Of a stretch of 64,000 nucleotides of DNA, positions 16,381 through 27,201 are shown in pieces. Numbering within the stretch: position 1 is the stretch's first letter; every line of letters starts with the position of its first letter. The notes below the pieces were generated by a model. That model was not told the DNA's origin, searched no databases, and saw only the letters and a program-made list of their open reading frames with translations. The stretch lies in NCBI GenBank assembly GCA_949295995.1, contig CASFNK010000063.1:73-64072 (forward strand). Direction: 5' to 3'. This stretch comes from an uncultured Pseudomonadota bacterium. Its GTDB lineage: Bacteria; Pseudomonadota; Alphaproteobacteria; RF32; CAG-239. Made by a program: the position numbers and the translations under genes.

Positions 16381-17226
16381 ATGAATCAACTCTTAAATAA
16401 AATTTCCTCGACTTTGAGCCAAGGTAATATAGATTTGCCAAGGCTTGAGGCAAGGAGAATTTTGAGCTTTGTCTGCAGTAAGAGCGAGGACGAAGTTGCC
16501 TTGCTGGATAGGGAGCTGAGCGCGGAAGAAACGCAAAAATTAGAGGAGATTATCCGCCAAAGATTAGAGCACAAACCGCTTGATAAAATTTTAGGAACCA
16601 AGGGTTTTTATAAATATGACTTTATCGTGAGTGAAGATGTGCTGTCGCCGCGTCCGGATACGGAAATTTTGGTAGAAGAGGCGATTCGACTTTTGTTATC
16701 CGATAAAGCCCAAAAGATAATAGACTTCGGTACCGGTTCGGGATGCATTTTGCTTTCGCTTTTGGCGGAGAGTAAGAATTGGCAAGGTCAAGGCGTGGAT
16801 GTCTCCGCTAAAGCATTAAGTATAGCTAAGCAAAATGCCGCGCTTTTAGGAGTTGAAACACAAGTCAGGTGGATAAATAAGGGCTGGTTTGATGCCGATT
16901 TAGCGCAAGTTCTGGATACTCCGGTGGATATGATTGTCTCAAATCCGCCGTATATTCCCAGCCAAGATATTAAGTCTTTGGACGATGAGGTAAAAAATTA
17001 TGATCCCTTGTTAGCCTTAGACGGTGGAGAAGATGGTTTGCACCACTATCGGCAAATTGCTAAAGTTTCAGCTCCTTTGCTCAAAGATGGCGGCTGTATT
17101 TTGCTGGAAGTTGGAATTAATCAAGCCCAAGAAGTGGCGGAAATCTTTTGCCAAGCGGGTTTGCGCTTAGTTAAAATTGTTTCTGACTTAGGTCAAATAG
17201 CAAGATGTGTAATTTTGAAAAAATAA
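16381..17226 (+). CDS. prmC: Release-factor glutamine N5-methyltransferase
   Basis: SAM motif DFGTGSGCI and the catalytic NPPY (IVSNPPYIPS); 281 aa. Confidence 0.9.
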   Translation: MNQLLNKISSTLSQGNIDLPRLEARRILSFVCSKSEDEVALLDRELSAEETQKLEEIIRQRLEHKPLDKILGTKGFYKYDFIVSEDVLSPRPDTEILVEEAIRLLLSDKAQKIIDFGTGSGCILLSLLAESKNWQGQGVDVSAKALSIAKQNAALLGVETQVRWINKGWFDADLAQVLDTPVDMIVSNPPYIPSQDIKSLDDEVKNYDPLLALDGGEDGLHHYRQIAKVSAPLLKDGGCILLEVGINQAQEVAEIFCQAGLRLVKIVSDLGQIARCVILKK

Positions 17227-17378
17227 GTTGCAATTATAACTTTTTTAAGTATTATGAGCACATAATAGCTCAAGAAAGTTAGAAGAGCTTTTTACTTTTT
17301 CCAAAAACGCAAGTTTTTAATTTTTTTTGATGGTGAAAATCAAATAGGATTTTCATGTAACAGTTATGGTATAAACTT

Positions 17379-17975
17379 ATGAAAAGAACAAACAACAAAT
17401 TTCGTAATAATAATTACAACAACCAGATTTATTCATTAAACTATAAGTTTGACAGCAACTCGATTGCCGGCAAAATCAGCGGTACCGCGTTAGACTTAAT
17501 CAAACGCTACAATGAGTTGGCCAAAGAGGCACATACCAATAATGACTATGTGAGTGCCGAAGTGTTCCGTCAATATGCCGAACACTATCGTAAAATTGTA
17601 ACCGAAATCAATGAGAAGAAGAACCAAGCTCAGAATGTTAAAAATACCGCACAACTGACTTTGGTTGAAAACAAGACAGATGAAGAAAAAGCAGATTCGC
17701 AAGAGCAAGTTCAAGATTCTGCAACAAACGATTCTCAAGCAATTCGTGAAGATGAGGATATTGAGCCTCACTTAGCCTCTGTTACGTCATTGGAAACTTT
17801 TTTAGCTGAAGCAGAGGTCGAAACGCAAGCTCAAGTTCAGGATGAAAAATCAGCACCAAGTGAGAAAAAATCTTTTACCGTGATAGAAATACCCACTTCA
17901 GAAGCAAAAGTTTTGAGTTCTGAAGAAAACAAGCCTAAAAGACAATATCGTCGCAAATTAGCCGCATCGGAGTAG
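17379..17975 (+). CDS. DUF4167-like protein
   Basis: An N/R-rich N-terminus is followed by ISGTALDLIKRYNELAKEA...AEVFRQYAEHYRKIV. This matches my recollection of the DUF4167 core, common next to prmC in alphaproteobacteria. Confidence 0.7.
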   Translation: MKRTNNKFRNNNYNNQIYSLNYKFDSNSIAGKISGTALDLIKRYNELAKEAHTNNDYVSAEVFRQYAEHYRKIVTEINEKKNQAQNVKNTAQLTLVENKTDEEKADSQEQVQDSATNDSQAIREDEDIEPHLASVTSLETFLAEAEVETQAQVQDEKSAPSEKKSFTVIEIPTSEAKVLSSEENKPKRQYRRKLAASE

Positions 17976-18000
17976 GTTGCGGTCTCCAAAAGGAGAAATA

Positions 18001-19155
18001 ATGTTTATGATAGGAGCCTTGATAGTAGCCATTGCGGCAACCGCCATCACCATCAAGACTTTGGTGGGCTATGTTGATTTACGTTTATCCATAAAAATTA
18101 TTGTCTCTCTGGCGATTATATTTTCTTGGTTTGCGCCGGTAATCGTCGGCGGTTTAAGGGCGACCTCTTGGGGAAACGGTGTTGCATTCCCATATTTTTC
18201 CAATATTGCCTATTTTTTGTTTGGGGCGGCATTTATATTATTGGTTTTGCTCCTTTTCAGAGATTTTATTTGGTTTGGGGTTTATGAACTTGCCAAATTA
18301 CTGAAATTAGCCAATGCCTCAGCCTTTAATCCCTCTGATTATCACAAATTAAACCTAGCCAATGTCTATACTTTGGGATTGACTTTTGTCTTGAGTTTTT
18401 ATGCTTGCTATGAGGCTTTGAAGGTGCCAAATATTAAGGAAGTTACCATTTCCAGCCCCAAAATAACCCAAGCCTATACTATTGTTCAGTTAAGCGATAT
18501 TCACGTTAATCGCACAATGCCTGTGTCGCACTTAAAAAAACTGGTTGAAGAAGTCAATGCTTTGAATCCGGATTTGATTTTATTGACGGGAGATATCGGA
18601 GATGATAAGGTTTCCCAAGTTGAAGCACAAATGGCAGTTTTGAAAGGCTTAAAGAGCAAATACGGTGAATATATTGTTTATGGTAATCATGAGCTTTATA
18701 ATGGTTTACCGGCTTGGCAGTTTAAATATTCCAAACAAGGCTGGACGGCACTTTTTAATTCCGGAGTAAGGATAAAGGATACAAATTTGTATATTGGCGG
18801 AATTCCCGACATCAGCTTTACCCGGGGGGCACGCTTTTTCAAACTGGATATGAATAAAACTTTTGAAAATGCCAAATCGGATGACTATAAAATTTTACTG
18901 TCGCACTCACCCAAATTTTATAAAGAAGATGAATTCAAGCCCTGTTATGATTTACAACTTTCAGGTCATACCCATGGCGGACAAATTTTCCCGTTCCACT
19001 ATTTGGTATGGCAAGCCAACAAGTATTTAGCAGGACTTTATGATTTGGATGGTGCAAAACTTTATGTTTCTCGAGGGGCAGGCTATTGGGGAGCACCGTT
19101 ACGTTTGTTTGCGCCATCAGAAATCACGCTGATAAAGTTAGTACCGCAAAAATAA
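18001..19155 (+). CDS. Membrane-anchored metallophosphoesterase
   Basis: N-terminal TM helices and calcineurin-like motifs SDIHV, GDIGDD, GNHE and GHTHGGQ. The ATG at 18001 is preceded by AGGAG (track start 17977). Confidence 0.8.
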   Translation: MFMIGALIVAIAATAITIKTLVGYVDLRLSIKIIVSLAIIFSWFAPVIVGGLRATSWGNGVAFPYFSNIAYFLFGAAFILLVLLLFRDFIWFGVYELAKLLKLANASAFNPSDYHKLNLANVYTLGLTFVLSFYACYEALKVPNIKEVTISSPKITQAYTIVQLSDIHVNRTMPVSHLKKLVEEVNALNPDLILLTGDIGDDKVSQVEAQMAVLKGLKSKYGEYIVYGNHELYNGLPAWQFKYSKQGWTALFNSGVRIKDTNLYIGGIPDISFTRGARFFKLDMNKTFENAKSDDYKILLSHSPKFYKEDEFKPCYDLQLSGHTHGGQIFPFHYLVWQANKYLAGLYDLDGAKLYVSRGAGYWGAPLRLFAPSEITLIKLVPQK

Positions 19156-19230
19156 TTTCACTAAAAAACTTGATTTACCCCTCCTTTCATAACTATATTC
19201 TAATAAGAAGCAGAAAGAAGGGATAAGACA

Positions 19231-21819
19231 ATGGATTTTGAAAAACTTACCAATAAGTCTAAAGAATTAGTTCAGGATGTTGTTAATCTGGCCTCGACCA
19301 AGAAGCACCAGTATATTGCACCCGAACATATATTAAAAGTTCTCCTTGATGATAAAGACACGCTGATAAAAGACCTCCTGCAAAAATCAGGCGGTAATGT
19401 GGAAACGATTACCAGCCAAACAGAAGATGCCATTCGTAAGATTCCGCAAGTATCAGGAGCGGCGGTACAGAGCCTGATGTCGCAAGAATTTACGAGAGTA
19501 ATGCAAGAGGCTGAAAATTTGGCCGAGAAAGCGGGGGACCAGTTTGTTACGACCGAGAGAATTTTGCAAGCCTTAGCCGCCACATCGGGCACCAAGGCTT
19601 ATGATATTTTGCGTAATGCCGGTGTGAATTATGGGCGTTTGGAACAAGCCATTAACGAGTATCGCAAAGGCCGAGTTGCGGATTCGGAAAGTGCGGAAGA
19701 AAATTTTGAAGCCTTAAAGAAATATGCCATTGATATCACAGCCAAAGCCAGAGAAGGCAAACTTGACCCGGTCGTCGGCAGAGAGCATGAGATTCGCCGA
19801 ACCATACAGGTTTTGTCTCGTCGAACCAAAAACAATCCGGTTTTGATTGGTGAACCGGGTGTTGGTAAAACCGCTATTGTTGAGGGCTTGGCAATGCGAA
19901 TTGTCAATAACGACGTTCCCGAAAGTTTGCATGATAAAAGATTGCTGGCTCTGGACATGGGGGCCCTAATAGCCGGTGCCAAGTTCAGAGGAGAGTTTGA
20001 GGAACGCTTAAAAGCCGTTTTGAAAGATGTTGAATCCTCGGATGGCAACATTATATTGTTTATAGATGAAATGCACACCATTGTCGGAGCGGGAGCAAGT
20101 GAAGGCTCAATGGATGCCTCTAACTTGCTGAAACCGGCATTAGCAAGAGGGGAACTTCATTGCCTCGGTGCTACTACATTGAATGAATATAAAAAATACG
20201 TTGAAAAAGATGCGGCTTTGGCAAGAAGATTCCAACCGGTGTTTGTTGATGAACCGAGCGTAGAGGAGACCATCTCGATTCTGCGAGGTATTAAGGATAA
20301 ATTTGAGCTCCACCACGGGGTCAAAATTTCCGATAATGCCTTGATAGCTGCGGCGACTTTGTCGAATAGATATATTAGTGATAGATTCTTGCCCGATAAA
20401 GCAATTGACTTGATGGATGAAGCCGCCAGTGCTTTGCGAATGTCGATTGATTCAAAACCCGAAGAGTTAGATGAACTTGACCGCCGCATTTTACAGCTCA
20501 AGATAGAGCGTGAAGCTCTCAAGAAAGAAACCGACGAGGCCTCCAAATCGCGTCTTGAACAAATCGGCTATGAAATTTCCGGACTTGAAGTTAAAGCCAA
20601 AGGCTTAAGCGAAAAGTGGAAAGCGGAAAAACAAGGTCTTGCCAATGTAACCGAATTAAAGGACAAATTGGATAAAGCTCGCATTGAGGCAGAAATTGCT
20701 CAACGTGAAGGTCGTTTTGAAAGAGCAGGGGAGTTGCAGTATAGTGTCATTCCGGAATTGCAAAACCGGCTAAAACAAATTGAAGAAAAGGCCTCTTCGG
20801 CAAATGCCCATATTCACGAAACCGTAACCGATGAGAATATAGCAGCGGTTGTTTCCAAATGGACGGGCATTCCGGTTGATAAGATGTTGCAAGGCGAACG
20901 TGAAAAGCTGGTTCACATGGAAGACTACCTTGGCAAACGAGTCATTGGTCAAAAAGAGGCAATTGCCGCGGTTTCGAATGCGGTCAGACGCTCTCGTGCC
21001 GGTATTAATGACGGTAGCCAACCCATTGGTTCATTCCTGTTCTTAGGACCGACCGGTGTCGGTAAAACCGAATTGAGTAAGGCTTTGGCGGAGTTTTTGT
21101 TCAATGATGAGCACGCACTGTTGCGAATAGATATGTCGGAATACATGGAAAAGCACGCAGTTGCTCGTTTAATCGGCTCACCTCCGGGCTATGTCGGCTA
21201 TGAAGAAGGCGGTGTTTTAACCGAAGCGGTACGTCGTCGTCCTTATCAGGTCATTTTGTTTGATGAAGTAGAAAAAGCGCATCCTGATATTTTCAATGTC
21301 TTGTTGCAAGTCTTGGATGACGGACGCCTGACCGATGGTAAGGGACGCACGGTTGACTTTAAGAATACCCTGATAATCATGACCTCAAATTTGGGCTCGG
21401 ATATCTTGGCGAATGCGACGGGAGCCGATGATCCCAAAAAGATAAAGGCAAGAGTAATGGAAATTGTCAAAGCCTCATTCCGTCCGGAATTTATCAACCG
21501 TATAGATGAAATAAGCTTGTTCCATCGCTTAGATAAGAGTAATATAAAAGAAATCGCCAAGATACAAATAGCAGGCATAGAAAAACGCTTAGCTGAGAGG
21601 AACATTAAGTTGCACGTCAACGATATGGCGGAAGCGTGGATTGTCAACAACGGTTATGACCCGATTTACGGTGCAAGACCGCTAAAACGCTTGCTAAAAA
21701 ATCAAATAGAGAATAAATTGGCGTTAAAGATTCTGGATGGTGAAATCGCCGAAAATGATACGGCGGACATCATCGTCAGCAACGGACAATTAGAGATAGT
21801 AAAGAGTAAGAAAAAGTAA
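19231..21819 (+). CDS. clpB: ATP-dependent disaggregase ClpB
   Basis: 862 aa with two AAA+ modules ([16 protein letters not shown]), a long middle coiled-coil and a Clp N-domain. Confidence 0.97.
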   Translation: MDFEKLTNKSKELVQDVVNLASTKKHQYIAPEHILKVLLDDKDTLIKDLLQKSGGNVETITSQTEDAIRKIPQVSGAAVQSLMSQEFTRVMQEAENLAEKAGDQFVTTERILQALAATSGTKAYDILRNAGVNYGRLEQAINEYRKGRVADSESAEENFEALKKYAIDITAKAREGKLDPVVGREHEIRRTIQVLSRRTKNNPVLIGEPGVGKTAIVEGLAMRIVNNDVPESLHDKRLLALDMGALIAGAKFRGEFEERLKAVLKDVESSDGNIILFIDEMHTIVGAGASEGSMDASNLLKPALARGELHCLGATTLNEYKKYVEKDAALARRFQPVFVDEPSVEETISILRGIKDKFELHHGVKISDNALIAAATLSNRYISDRFLPDKAIDLMDEAASALRMSIDSKPEELDELDRRILQLKIEREALKKETDEASKSRLEQIGYEISGLEVKAKGLSEKWKAEKQGLANVTELKDKLDKARIEAEIAQREGRFERAGELQYSVIPELQNRLKQIEEKASSANAHIHETVTDENIAAVVSKWTGIPVDKMLQGEREKLVHMEDYLGKRVIGQKEAIAAVSNAVRRSRAGINDGSQPIGSFLFLGPTGVGKTELSKALAEFLFNDEHALLRIDMSEYMEKHAVARLIGSPPGYVGYEEGGVLTEAVRRRPYQVILFDEVEKAHPDIFNVLLQVLDDGRLTDGKGRTVDFKNTLIIMTSNLGSDILANATGADDPKKIKARVMEIVKASFRPEFINRIDEISLFHRLDKSNIKEIAKIQIAGIEKRLAERNIKLHVNDMAEAWIVNNGYDPIYGARPLKRLLKNQIENKLALKILDGEIAENDTADIIVSNGQLEIVKSKKK

Positions 21820-22247
21820 TGAACAAATTATTTCAGCAAGCATTGGAGGTGGCGCGCACCTACAGCGTATCCACCCCCGAAAACAGCATTGTGCTTTATA
21901 GCATAAGTTTTCAGCCAACCAAAGAAAATCGGGATAAGGCTTTTGACTATGCCAGCAAACACAGTGATAAAATGGTGATTGAACATACCGATTGTGGTGC
22001 CAAATTGGTTGAAATGGGGCTACTCAGCCACGATTCGGGACTAAGTCAGGAGCAAGTTGCCGAGATTTGGAGTATTGCCTCGAAAAGATTTATCGGTGAG
22101 GCTAAAGGTGAGGTAACGGCATTTGTAAATAATGCCGACCCCAGAAGTGTTTTCTGCAAAATGGAATTGCCGAATATCCTGACCAATCCAAACTTGACTA
22201 AGATTAACGGTATGGATAAACACGAGTTTGCTCGTCAGTTTAAATAA
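21819..22247 (+). CDS. Hypothetical protein translationally coupled to clpB
   Basis: The ATG overlaps the clpB TAA (TAATG). 142 aa, no family recognised. Confidence 0.55.
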   Translation: MNKLFQQALEVARTYSVSTPENSIVLYSISFQPTKENRDKAFDYASKHSDKMVIEHTDCGAKLVEMGLLSHDSGLSQEQVAEIWSIASKRFIGEAKGEVTAFVNNADPRSVFCKMELPNILTNPNLTKINGMDKHEFARQFK

Positions 22248-22331
22248 GCCTTTACAAAATAAGGATTCAAGCATAAATAAAGACTCAAAGAATTAATTAT
22301 TGGGTCTTTATTTATTTTAAATTAAAAAGTT

Positions 22332-22910
22332 ATGGAAGCAAATCCTGAAATTGTAAAAGTACTGCAAGGTATTGTGCTACCGGCTGTAAAGCTGTTAAAT
22401 ACTCTCTCTTCAGCCGAAAAAGAGTTTTATGCCCCTTATCTGATAGGCGGCAAAGATGCCATTATGAAAGTTCAAGTTCTGTTGTTTCAGAATTTGTACA
22501 CGCCGGCAGTGATTACGGAACTCATCAAACGCGATGCCTGTTTGTGCAAACCCTATTTGGCAATGTCGCAAAACAAACTCTTGCAACGCAATGCGAATTT
22601 ACCTGAGTTTAAGCGGCAAATGATTGCCTCAGGTAATGAAAAGCTATTGCGAGACTTTTTAGAGGTTTATTCTCTGGGTGCCGAGGATGAAAAACAGCTT
22701 TTAGACTATCGCCTAGAACATGGCAAAATCTCGACAGAAAAGGCAGATGAGTTTATGAGGGGGTATTTTCAAACTAAAGGTCTCAAAAATGCAACCTTGT
22801 CATTGCTGAACAGTAAAGAGTATCAACTCTATTGGAATTTGTATTGCGATTCTGTCCCCGTTTCCACAGGACAGAAGTTAAAACACAAACTTTTGTCTTG
22901 GTTTCATTAA
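22332..22910 (+). CDS. Hypothetical protein (192 aa)
   Basis: Intact ORF followed by a bidirectional terminator. No motif recognised. Confidence 0.55.
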   Translation: MEANPEIVKVLQGIVLPAVKLLNTLSSAEKEFYAPYLIGGKDAIMKVQVLLFQNLYTPAVITELIKRDACLCKPYLAMSQNKLLQRNANLPEFKRQMIASGNEKLLRDFLEVYSLGAEDEKQLLDYRLEHGKISTEKADEFMRGYFQTKGLKNATLSLLNSKEYQLYWNLYCDSVPVSTGQKLKHKLLSWFH

Positions 22911-22915
22911 AACTA

Positions 22916-22948
22916 AAAACCCTCGAACTTTAAAGGTTCGAGGGTTTT
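22916..22948. terminator. Bidirectional terminator between convergent genes
   Basis: Stem AAAACCCTCGAAC/GTTCGAGGGTTTT. Confidence 0.8.
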
Positions 22949-22950
22949 GC

Positions 22951-24006
22951 TTAAATTTTGAGCCGTCGGGCTGAAAGAATGGCACTATCCAAACAGCAGG
23001 GATAATTTTTCATTGTCCAGTCGCCGCAGATTTGCAAGTTTGCCCATTTTGTTTGGGCTGAAGAGGGGCGTAAGGCATTATTTAGTTTATCTTGTTTTAT
23101 GGTGGCACGCTTGTGTCGCAAAACTTTATATTCGGGTATAAAGGCGGCAGCTCTTCCTCTCAAAACGCAAATCTCTGTCCAAATAAGTCTCGCCAATTCC
23201 TCATCACTTAAAGTACAAGTATTGGCATTACTGATAGTTACAGCCAAAATATTCGGAAAAGAGAACACCCATTGCGCCCCGTAACCTTTGAGACCGATAA
23301 AATGTAATCCCTTTGGCAAGGTTACCGCCATGCTGGTGTGAAAATAAATATTGATGATTGCGTTATACTCAAAATTTGTCGGCTCAAATATTTTTCCGTA
23401 ATTATAGCTGTCCAGAGCCGAAATGACTTGCTCTCCTTCTTTAATTTCAATGGTACGTTTATTGAAGAAGAGTTTGGTGATGAGCTCTCCTTGTTTCTCT
23501 ATACTTAAGAGCTTATAACCGTAATTAATTTGAATATCAGGAAGTTGCAAAATTTGCATAAGGTCTTGAGTTAAATTTCCTTGAGAAAACGAAGCGTCAA
23601 ATTGGTGCGGAAAAAATGGAAAAAGTTGCTTTCCGATATTGAGCCATTGTTGCAGGCCAATCTCTTCAAAAGAGGTGTTAAAAACTGCCTCGGCAATTTC
23701 ATCACGAAATTTCCACTTAGCAGTTTGGAGGGAATTTTGCCCCTTTTCCTGAAAATAAATTTTTTGCCACTTATTAAAAGAGAGGAAGTTTTTACAAGCA
23801 TTTCTGTTGGCTCTAAGCAAAACGTGCGTGGCGTTATCAAGGCTTAATTGCCAATCTTTATCAAAAAAGGAATAAGCTCTCCCGCCTATGTGATGAGCCG
23901 CTTCATAAAGATAAATTGTTGCTCGAGGAAATTTTTGTTTGATAAACTTTGCGGCACTCAAACCAGCTACCCCTGCGCCGATAATATGATATGCCTTTTG
24001 TGCCAT
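22951..24006 (-). CDS. hpnE: FAD-dependent hydroxysqualene dehydroxylase-like oxidoreductase
   Basis: N-terminal dinucleotide fold IIGAGVAGLSAA...YEAAHHIGGR. It is the third gene after hpnC and hpnD. It is shorter (351 aa) than I would expect for HpnE. Confidence 0.65.
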   Translation of the reverse strand: MAQKAYHIIGAGVAGLSAAKFIKQKFPRATIYLYEAAHHIGGRAYSFFDKDWQLSLDNATHVLLRANRNACKNFLSFNKWQKIYFQEKGQNSLQTAKWKFRDEIAEAVFNTSFEEIGLQQWLNIGKQLFPFFPHQFDASFSQGNLTQDLMQILQLPDIQINYGYKLLSIEKQGELITKLFFNKRTIEIKEGEQVISALDSYNYGKIFEPTNFEYNAIINIYFHTSMAVTLPKGLHFIGLKGYGAQWVFSFPNILAVTISNANTCTLSDEELARLIWTEICVLRGRAAAFIPEYKVLRHKRATIKQDKLNNALRPSSAQTKWANLQICGDWTMKNYPCCLDSAILSARRLKI

Positions 24007-24009
24007 GGT

Positions 24010-24843
24010 TTATTTTCCGAAATAGGCTCGCAAAGCAAGTGTGAGCTTTTTCATCTTGCTGAGTTGAGGTTTGGGCGAGATAATTTCCCACCCTCTGTTT
24101 TTCATAATTTTAAAATACTTACGATAAATAGCGGCAATCATCTTAACCGGACGCGCGGTTTGTTTATCGAGTTTTTGAATCAAAAATTCAGATTTTTTGA
24201 AATATTCGTCAGCTAACTGTGCTAACTCTTCTCTGGCTTTAGCCAAATTTTTATCAACCACAACGGTCTTTGGGTCATTTGAAGCAATATCAGCCTTGAG
24301 CAAAAATTCTTTCGGAATATAAAGACGATTACTCATGGCATCTTCTTTAACGTCTCGCAATATATTTGTAATTTGCAGGGCATTTCCGAGATTTGTTGCT
24401 AATTCATTGATAATTTTTTCATCTTTGCACCCAAAAATGCGCAAAGACAAATTCCCCGGAACACCGGCCACCCCGCGGCAATATTCTAAAAATTTATCCA
24501 AAGACGGAGCTTGTAGAGGATTAGGAATATCCATTGAGATACTATCAATTAACTTCAAAAATTCTTCTTTAGGAAGCTTAAAGCGCATACAATTTTTATA
24601 GATACGACGTCCTATTTCGGTAACGGGAACTTTTTTATCATAAATATTATCCATTTCTTCCCGCCACGCCTTGAGGAGTTCTTGTTTTTCGGTTATATCG
24701 GCATCTCCGTCAACAATATCGTCAATATGCCGACAAAAGGCATAAATTGTGTACATTGCTTCACGCTTGGCTTTAGGGAGCATACGCATACTCCAGAAAA
24801 AAGAAGTACCGGATTTTTTTACAATTTGTTTAATGTCGTTCAT
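24010..24843 (-). CDS. hpnD: Presqualene diphosphate synthase
   Basis: Squalene/phytoene synthase fold: SGTSFFWSMRMLPKAKREAMYTIYAFCRHIDDIVDG and a second Asp-rich region (ILRDVKEDA). Confidence 0.8.
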   Translation of the reverse strand: MNDIKQIVKKSGTSFFWSMRMLPKAKREAMYTIYAFCRHIDDIVDGDADITEKQELLKAWREEMDNIYDKKVPVTEIGRRIYKNCMRFKLPKEEFLKLIDSISMDIPNPLQAPSLDKFLEYCRGVAGVPGNLSLRIFGCKDEKIINELATNLGNALQITNILRDVKEDAMSNRLYIPKEFLLKADIASNDPKTVVVDKNLAKAREELAQLADEYFKKSEFLIQKLDKQTARPVKMIAAIYRKYFKIMKNRGWEIISPKPQLSKMKKLTLALRAYFGK

Positions 24844-25701
24844 TTACAAACCTTTATTAGTCAAAGTTTTCCGGCGAATAAACAATCCCTTGCCAATTCC
24901 GAGAAGAACAGCTCTCGCCCAATCAAATTTATTTAATTTAATTTGTGAGGCTAACACATCTCCTCTTTCTATTTTATATATCATAATATTGGTTAAGGAA
25001 AAGATAACGCAGAGCACCAATCTTAATCTTAAGTTCTTGACAATGCAAGGCAAAATTTCAGCATCTTTAAGCAACCCTTTAACTCTTTTAAGTATTTCGC
25101 CAATGAGTTTTTGAAAAGTCTCAGGACTTTTGTCTTGCTTTAAGACCTCTTTTGACAAGTTAAATTCTTTCCAAAGCTCATCAGGAATATAAACTCTTTT
25201 GAGAACTTGAAAATCATATTTTACGTCTTGAATATGGTTAACAATTTGCAAAACAGCACAAAGCGCATCAGCAGGTAAATAGGTTGAAGGGTTTTCGTTA
25301 TTAATGGCGAGCATAAAACGTCCCACGGGAGCGGCAGAATTTTTGCAGTAATCAATAAGCTGTCCCCAAGTCTGATAAAAAAATCTCTCAGAATCTTGGC
25401 GAAAGGCTTTGAGCAAATCAGCAGCTAAAGAAAAACTCAAATTTTCTTTTAAGAAAACTTTACGCAAATGAGCGGCTTGTTTATTTTTCTTTGCATCTTT
25501 TTCATTAAAGAGAGCCTTTTCGGCAGCCGCCAAACGTTCCAACTTTTGTTTAGGTGTAAGAGCAGGGTTGTCAGCCACATCATCGCAATATCTGGCAAAA
25601 TCGTAATAAGTGGTTACGATTTTTTGCGTGTCTTTTGAAAATAAAAAAGAGGCAACCGGAAAATTTTCATCTTTTTGTTGTTTATGGCGCATAGTGGGCA
25701 T
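24844..25701 (-). CDS. hpnC: Hydroxysqualene synthase
   Basis: ENFPVAS N-terminal motif, CDDVAD Asp-rich motif, squalene-synthase-family length. It is the first gene of the hpnCDE order. Confidence 0.8.
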   Translation of the reverse strand: MPTMRHKQQKDENFPVASFLFSKDTQKIVTTYYDFARYCDDVADNPALTPKQKLERLAAAEKALFNEKDAKKNKQAAHLRKVFLKENLSFSLAADLLKAFRQDSERFFYQTWGQLIDYCKNSAAPVGRFMLAINNENPSTYLPADALCAVLQIVNHIQDVKYDFQVLKRVYIPDELWKEFNLSKEVLKQDKSPETFQKLIGEILKRVKGLLKDAEILPCIVKNLRLRLVLCVIFSLTNIMIYKIERGDVLASQIKLNKFDWARAVLLGIGKGLFIRRKTLTNKGL

Positions 25702-27044
25702 TACCTATTCTCCAGCCAAGTATTGATATTATCAAGCGCCCGGCGGCAATAGGCTTCTTTACGCTCCATTCCTTTAAGCTTTTTGAATTTTCCGTTAATG
25801 GTAGTTTCGCCTTTAATTGTCGGAAAAATCCCAAAATTAATATTCATCGGCTGAAAATTATCAATATCGGTATCATCAATCAAGTGGTTAAGCATGGCGC
25901 CCAAAGCGGTTGTTGGAGGTGGAAGAAGAGTTTCTTTGCCCAGCGCACGACAAGAGGCAAAATATCCCGCCAACAGTCCGATGGCTGTACTTTCCACATA
26001 CCCCTCACAACCGGTAATCTGCCCCGCAAAGCTGATATAGGGTTTGGACTTGAGACGTAATGTGGAATCAAGTAAAATCGGGCTTTTGATAAAGGTGTTT
26101 TTGTGAATACCGCCAAAACGGGCAAATTCGGCATTTTCCAAGCCCGGAATCATCTGGAAGATTCTCTTTTGCTCGCCATATTTCATTTTGGTTTGAAAAC
26201 CGACAATATTGCGCAAAGTGTCTTCATGATTGTCTTGGCGGAGTTGTACGACCGCATAAGGTTTTTCCGAGCTATGAGGATTAGTTAAGCCAACCGGTTT
26301 CATCGGACCGAAAACAAGGGTTTCAATCCCTCGCTCGGCCATCACTTCAATAGGTAGGCAGCCATCAAAATAATTGACCTTTTCCCAATCGTGAAATTCG
26401 GCTTTTTCTGCTTTTAAGAGCTCCTCAACAAAATGGTAATATTCCTCTTTGGAGAGAGGGCAGTTGATGTAGTCAAATTTATCGCCTTTATCATAACGGG
26501 ATTGATACCAAGCCTTATCAAAGTTAATACTGTCTTTGTAAACGACCGGCGCGATTGCATCGTAAAAAGAAAGGGATTGGGCATTGACCTCATCTAAAAT
26601 AGCGTGAGCCAAAGATTCGCTGGTCAATGGACCTGTGGCAATAATCACATCACCCCAAGATTCATCGGGCAAAGTTGTGATTTCTTCATTTTTGAATTGG
26701 ATAAGGGGGTGAGAGGAGAGTTTTTGCGTAACAAGGCGGGCAAAACCGTCTCTATCTACGGCCAAAGCTCCACCGGCAGGAACTTTCGTTTCATCGGCAC
26801 AAGCCATAATGAGCGAACCCGCGCGGCGTAATTCTTCATGCAGTAAACCGACGGCATTATGCTCATAATCATCGGAACGAAGAGAGTTTGAACAAACCAA
26901 TTCGGCACAATCGGGATTTTTGTGTGCCGGAGAAAATTGTTTCGGCTTCATCTCGTGAATAATAACGTTAATTCCGGCTTGAGCAAGTTGCCAAGCGGCT
27001 TCAGAGCCTGCCAGACCGGCACCGATAATATGAACAGTTTTCAT
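25701..27044 (-). CDS. trmFO: Methylenetetrahydrofolate--tRNA-(uracil-5-)-methyltransferase
   Basis: 447 aa. GidA-like FAD fold [18 protein letters not shown], with TrmFO-typical length and conserved blocks ([12 protein letters not shown]). Confidence 0.92.
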   Translation of the reverse strand: MKTVHIIGAGLAGSEAAWQLAQAGINVIIHEMKPKQFSPAHKNPDCAELVCSNSLRSDDYEHNAVGLLHEELRRAGSLIMACADETKVPAGGALAVDRDGFARLVTQKLSSHPLIQFKNEEITTLPDESWGDVIIATGPLTSESLAHAILDEVNAQSLSFYDAIAPVVYKDSINFDKAWYQSRYDKGDKFDYINCPLSKEEYYHFVEELLKAEKAEFHDWEKVNYFDGCLPIEVMAERGIETLVFGPMKPVGLTNPHSSEKPYAVVQLRQDNHEDTLRNIVGFQTKMKYGEQKRIFQMIPGLENAEFARFGGIHKNTFIKSPILLDSTLRLKSKPYISFAGQITGCEGYVESTAIGLLAGYFASCRALGKETLLPPPTTALGAMLNHLIDDTDIDNFQPMNINFGIFPTIKGETTINGKFKKLKGMERKEAYCRRALDNINTWLENR

Positions 27045-27201
27045 TGCTTTCCCTAAAAGAATTCAGTTGAGTTTCTTTATAACAATATTCACAAAAAAGT
27101 AAACCCCCGAAAACAGGCGGATAACTTTGCTTAAAATTTGAAATATCCGAAAAACAGGTTATACTAAAAAAAATTTTTAAGAAAAAATCAGTACTGAAAA
27201 A

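Noticed and set aside
1203-17317. Shared 14-mer AAAAACGCAAGTTT at about 1203 and about 17304
   Set aside because: By rough estimate, a single exact 14-nt match in 64 kb of AT-rich DNA is within chance expectation. No further shared context was found.
19169-19199. Sigma-32 heat-shock promoter upstream of clpB (CTTGA ... CTATATT)
   Set aside because: Both hexamer-like elements exist. However, the spacing I count (18-20 nt) does not fit the CTTG-N17-CYTATNT consensus I remember, so I do not report it as a feature.
19272-21650. Long antisense ORFs inside clpB (for example 19629..20081, 20157..20546, 21246..21650)
   Set aside because: They lie entirely within a confidently identified, highly conserved gene on the opposite strand. 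They are Ser/Arg/Leu-rich shadow frames with no RBS.
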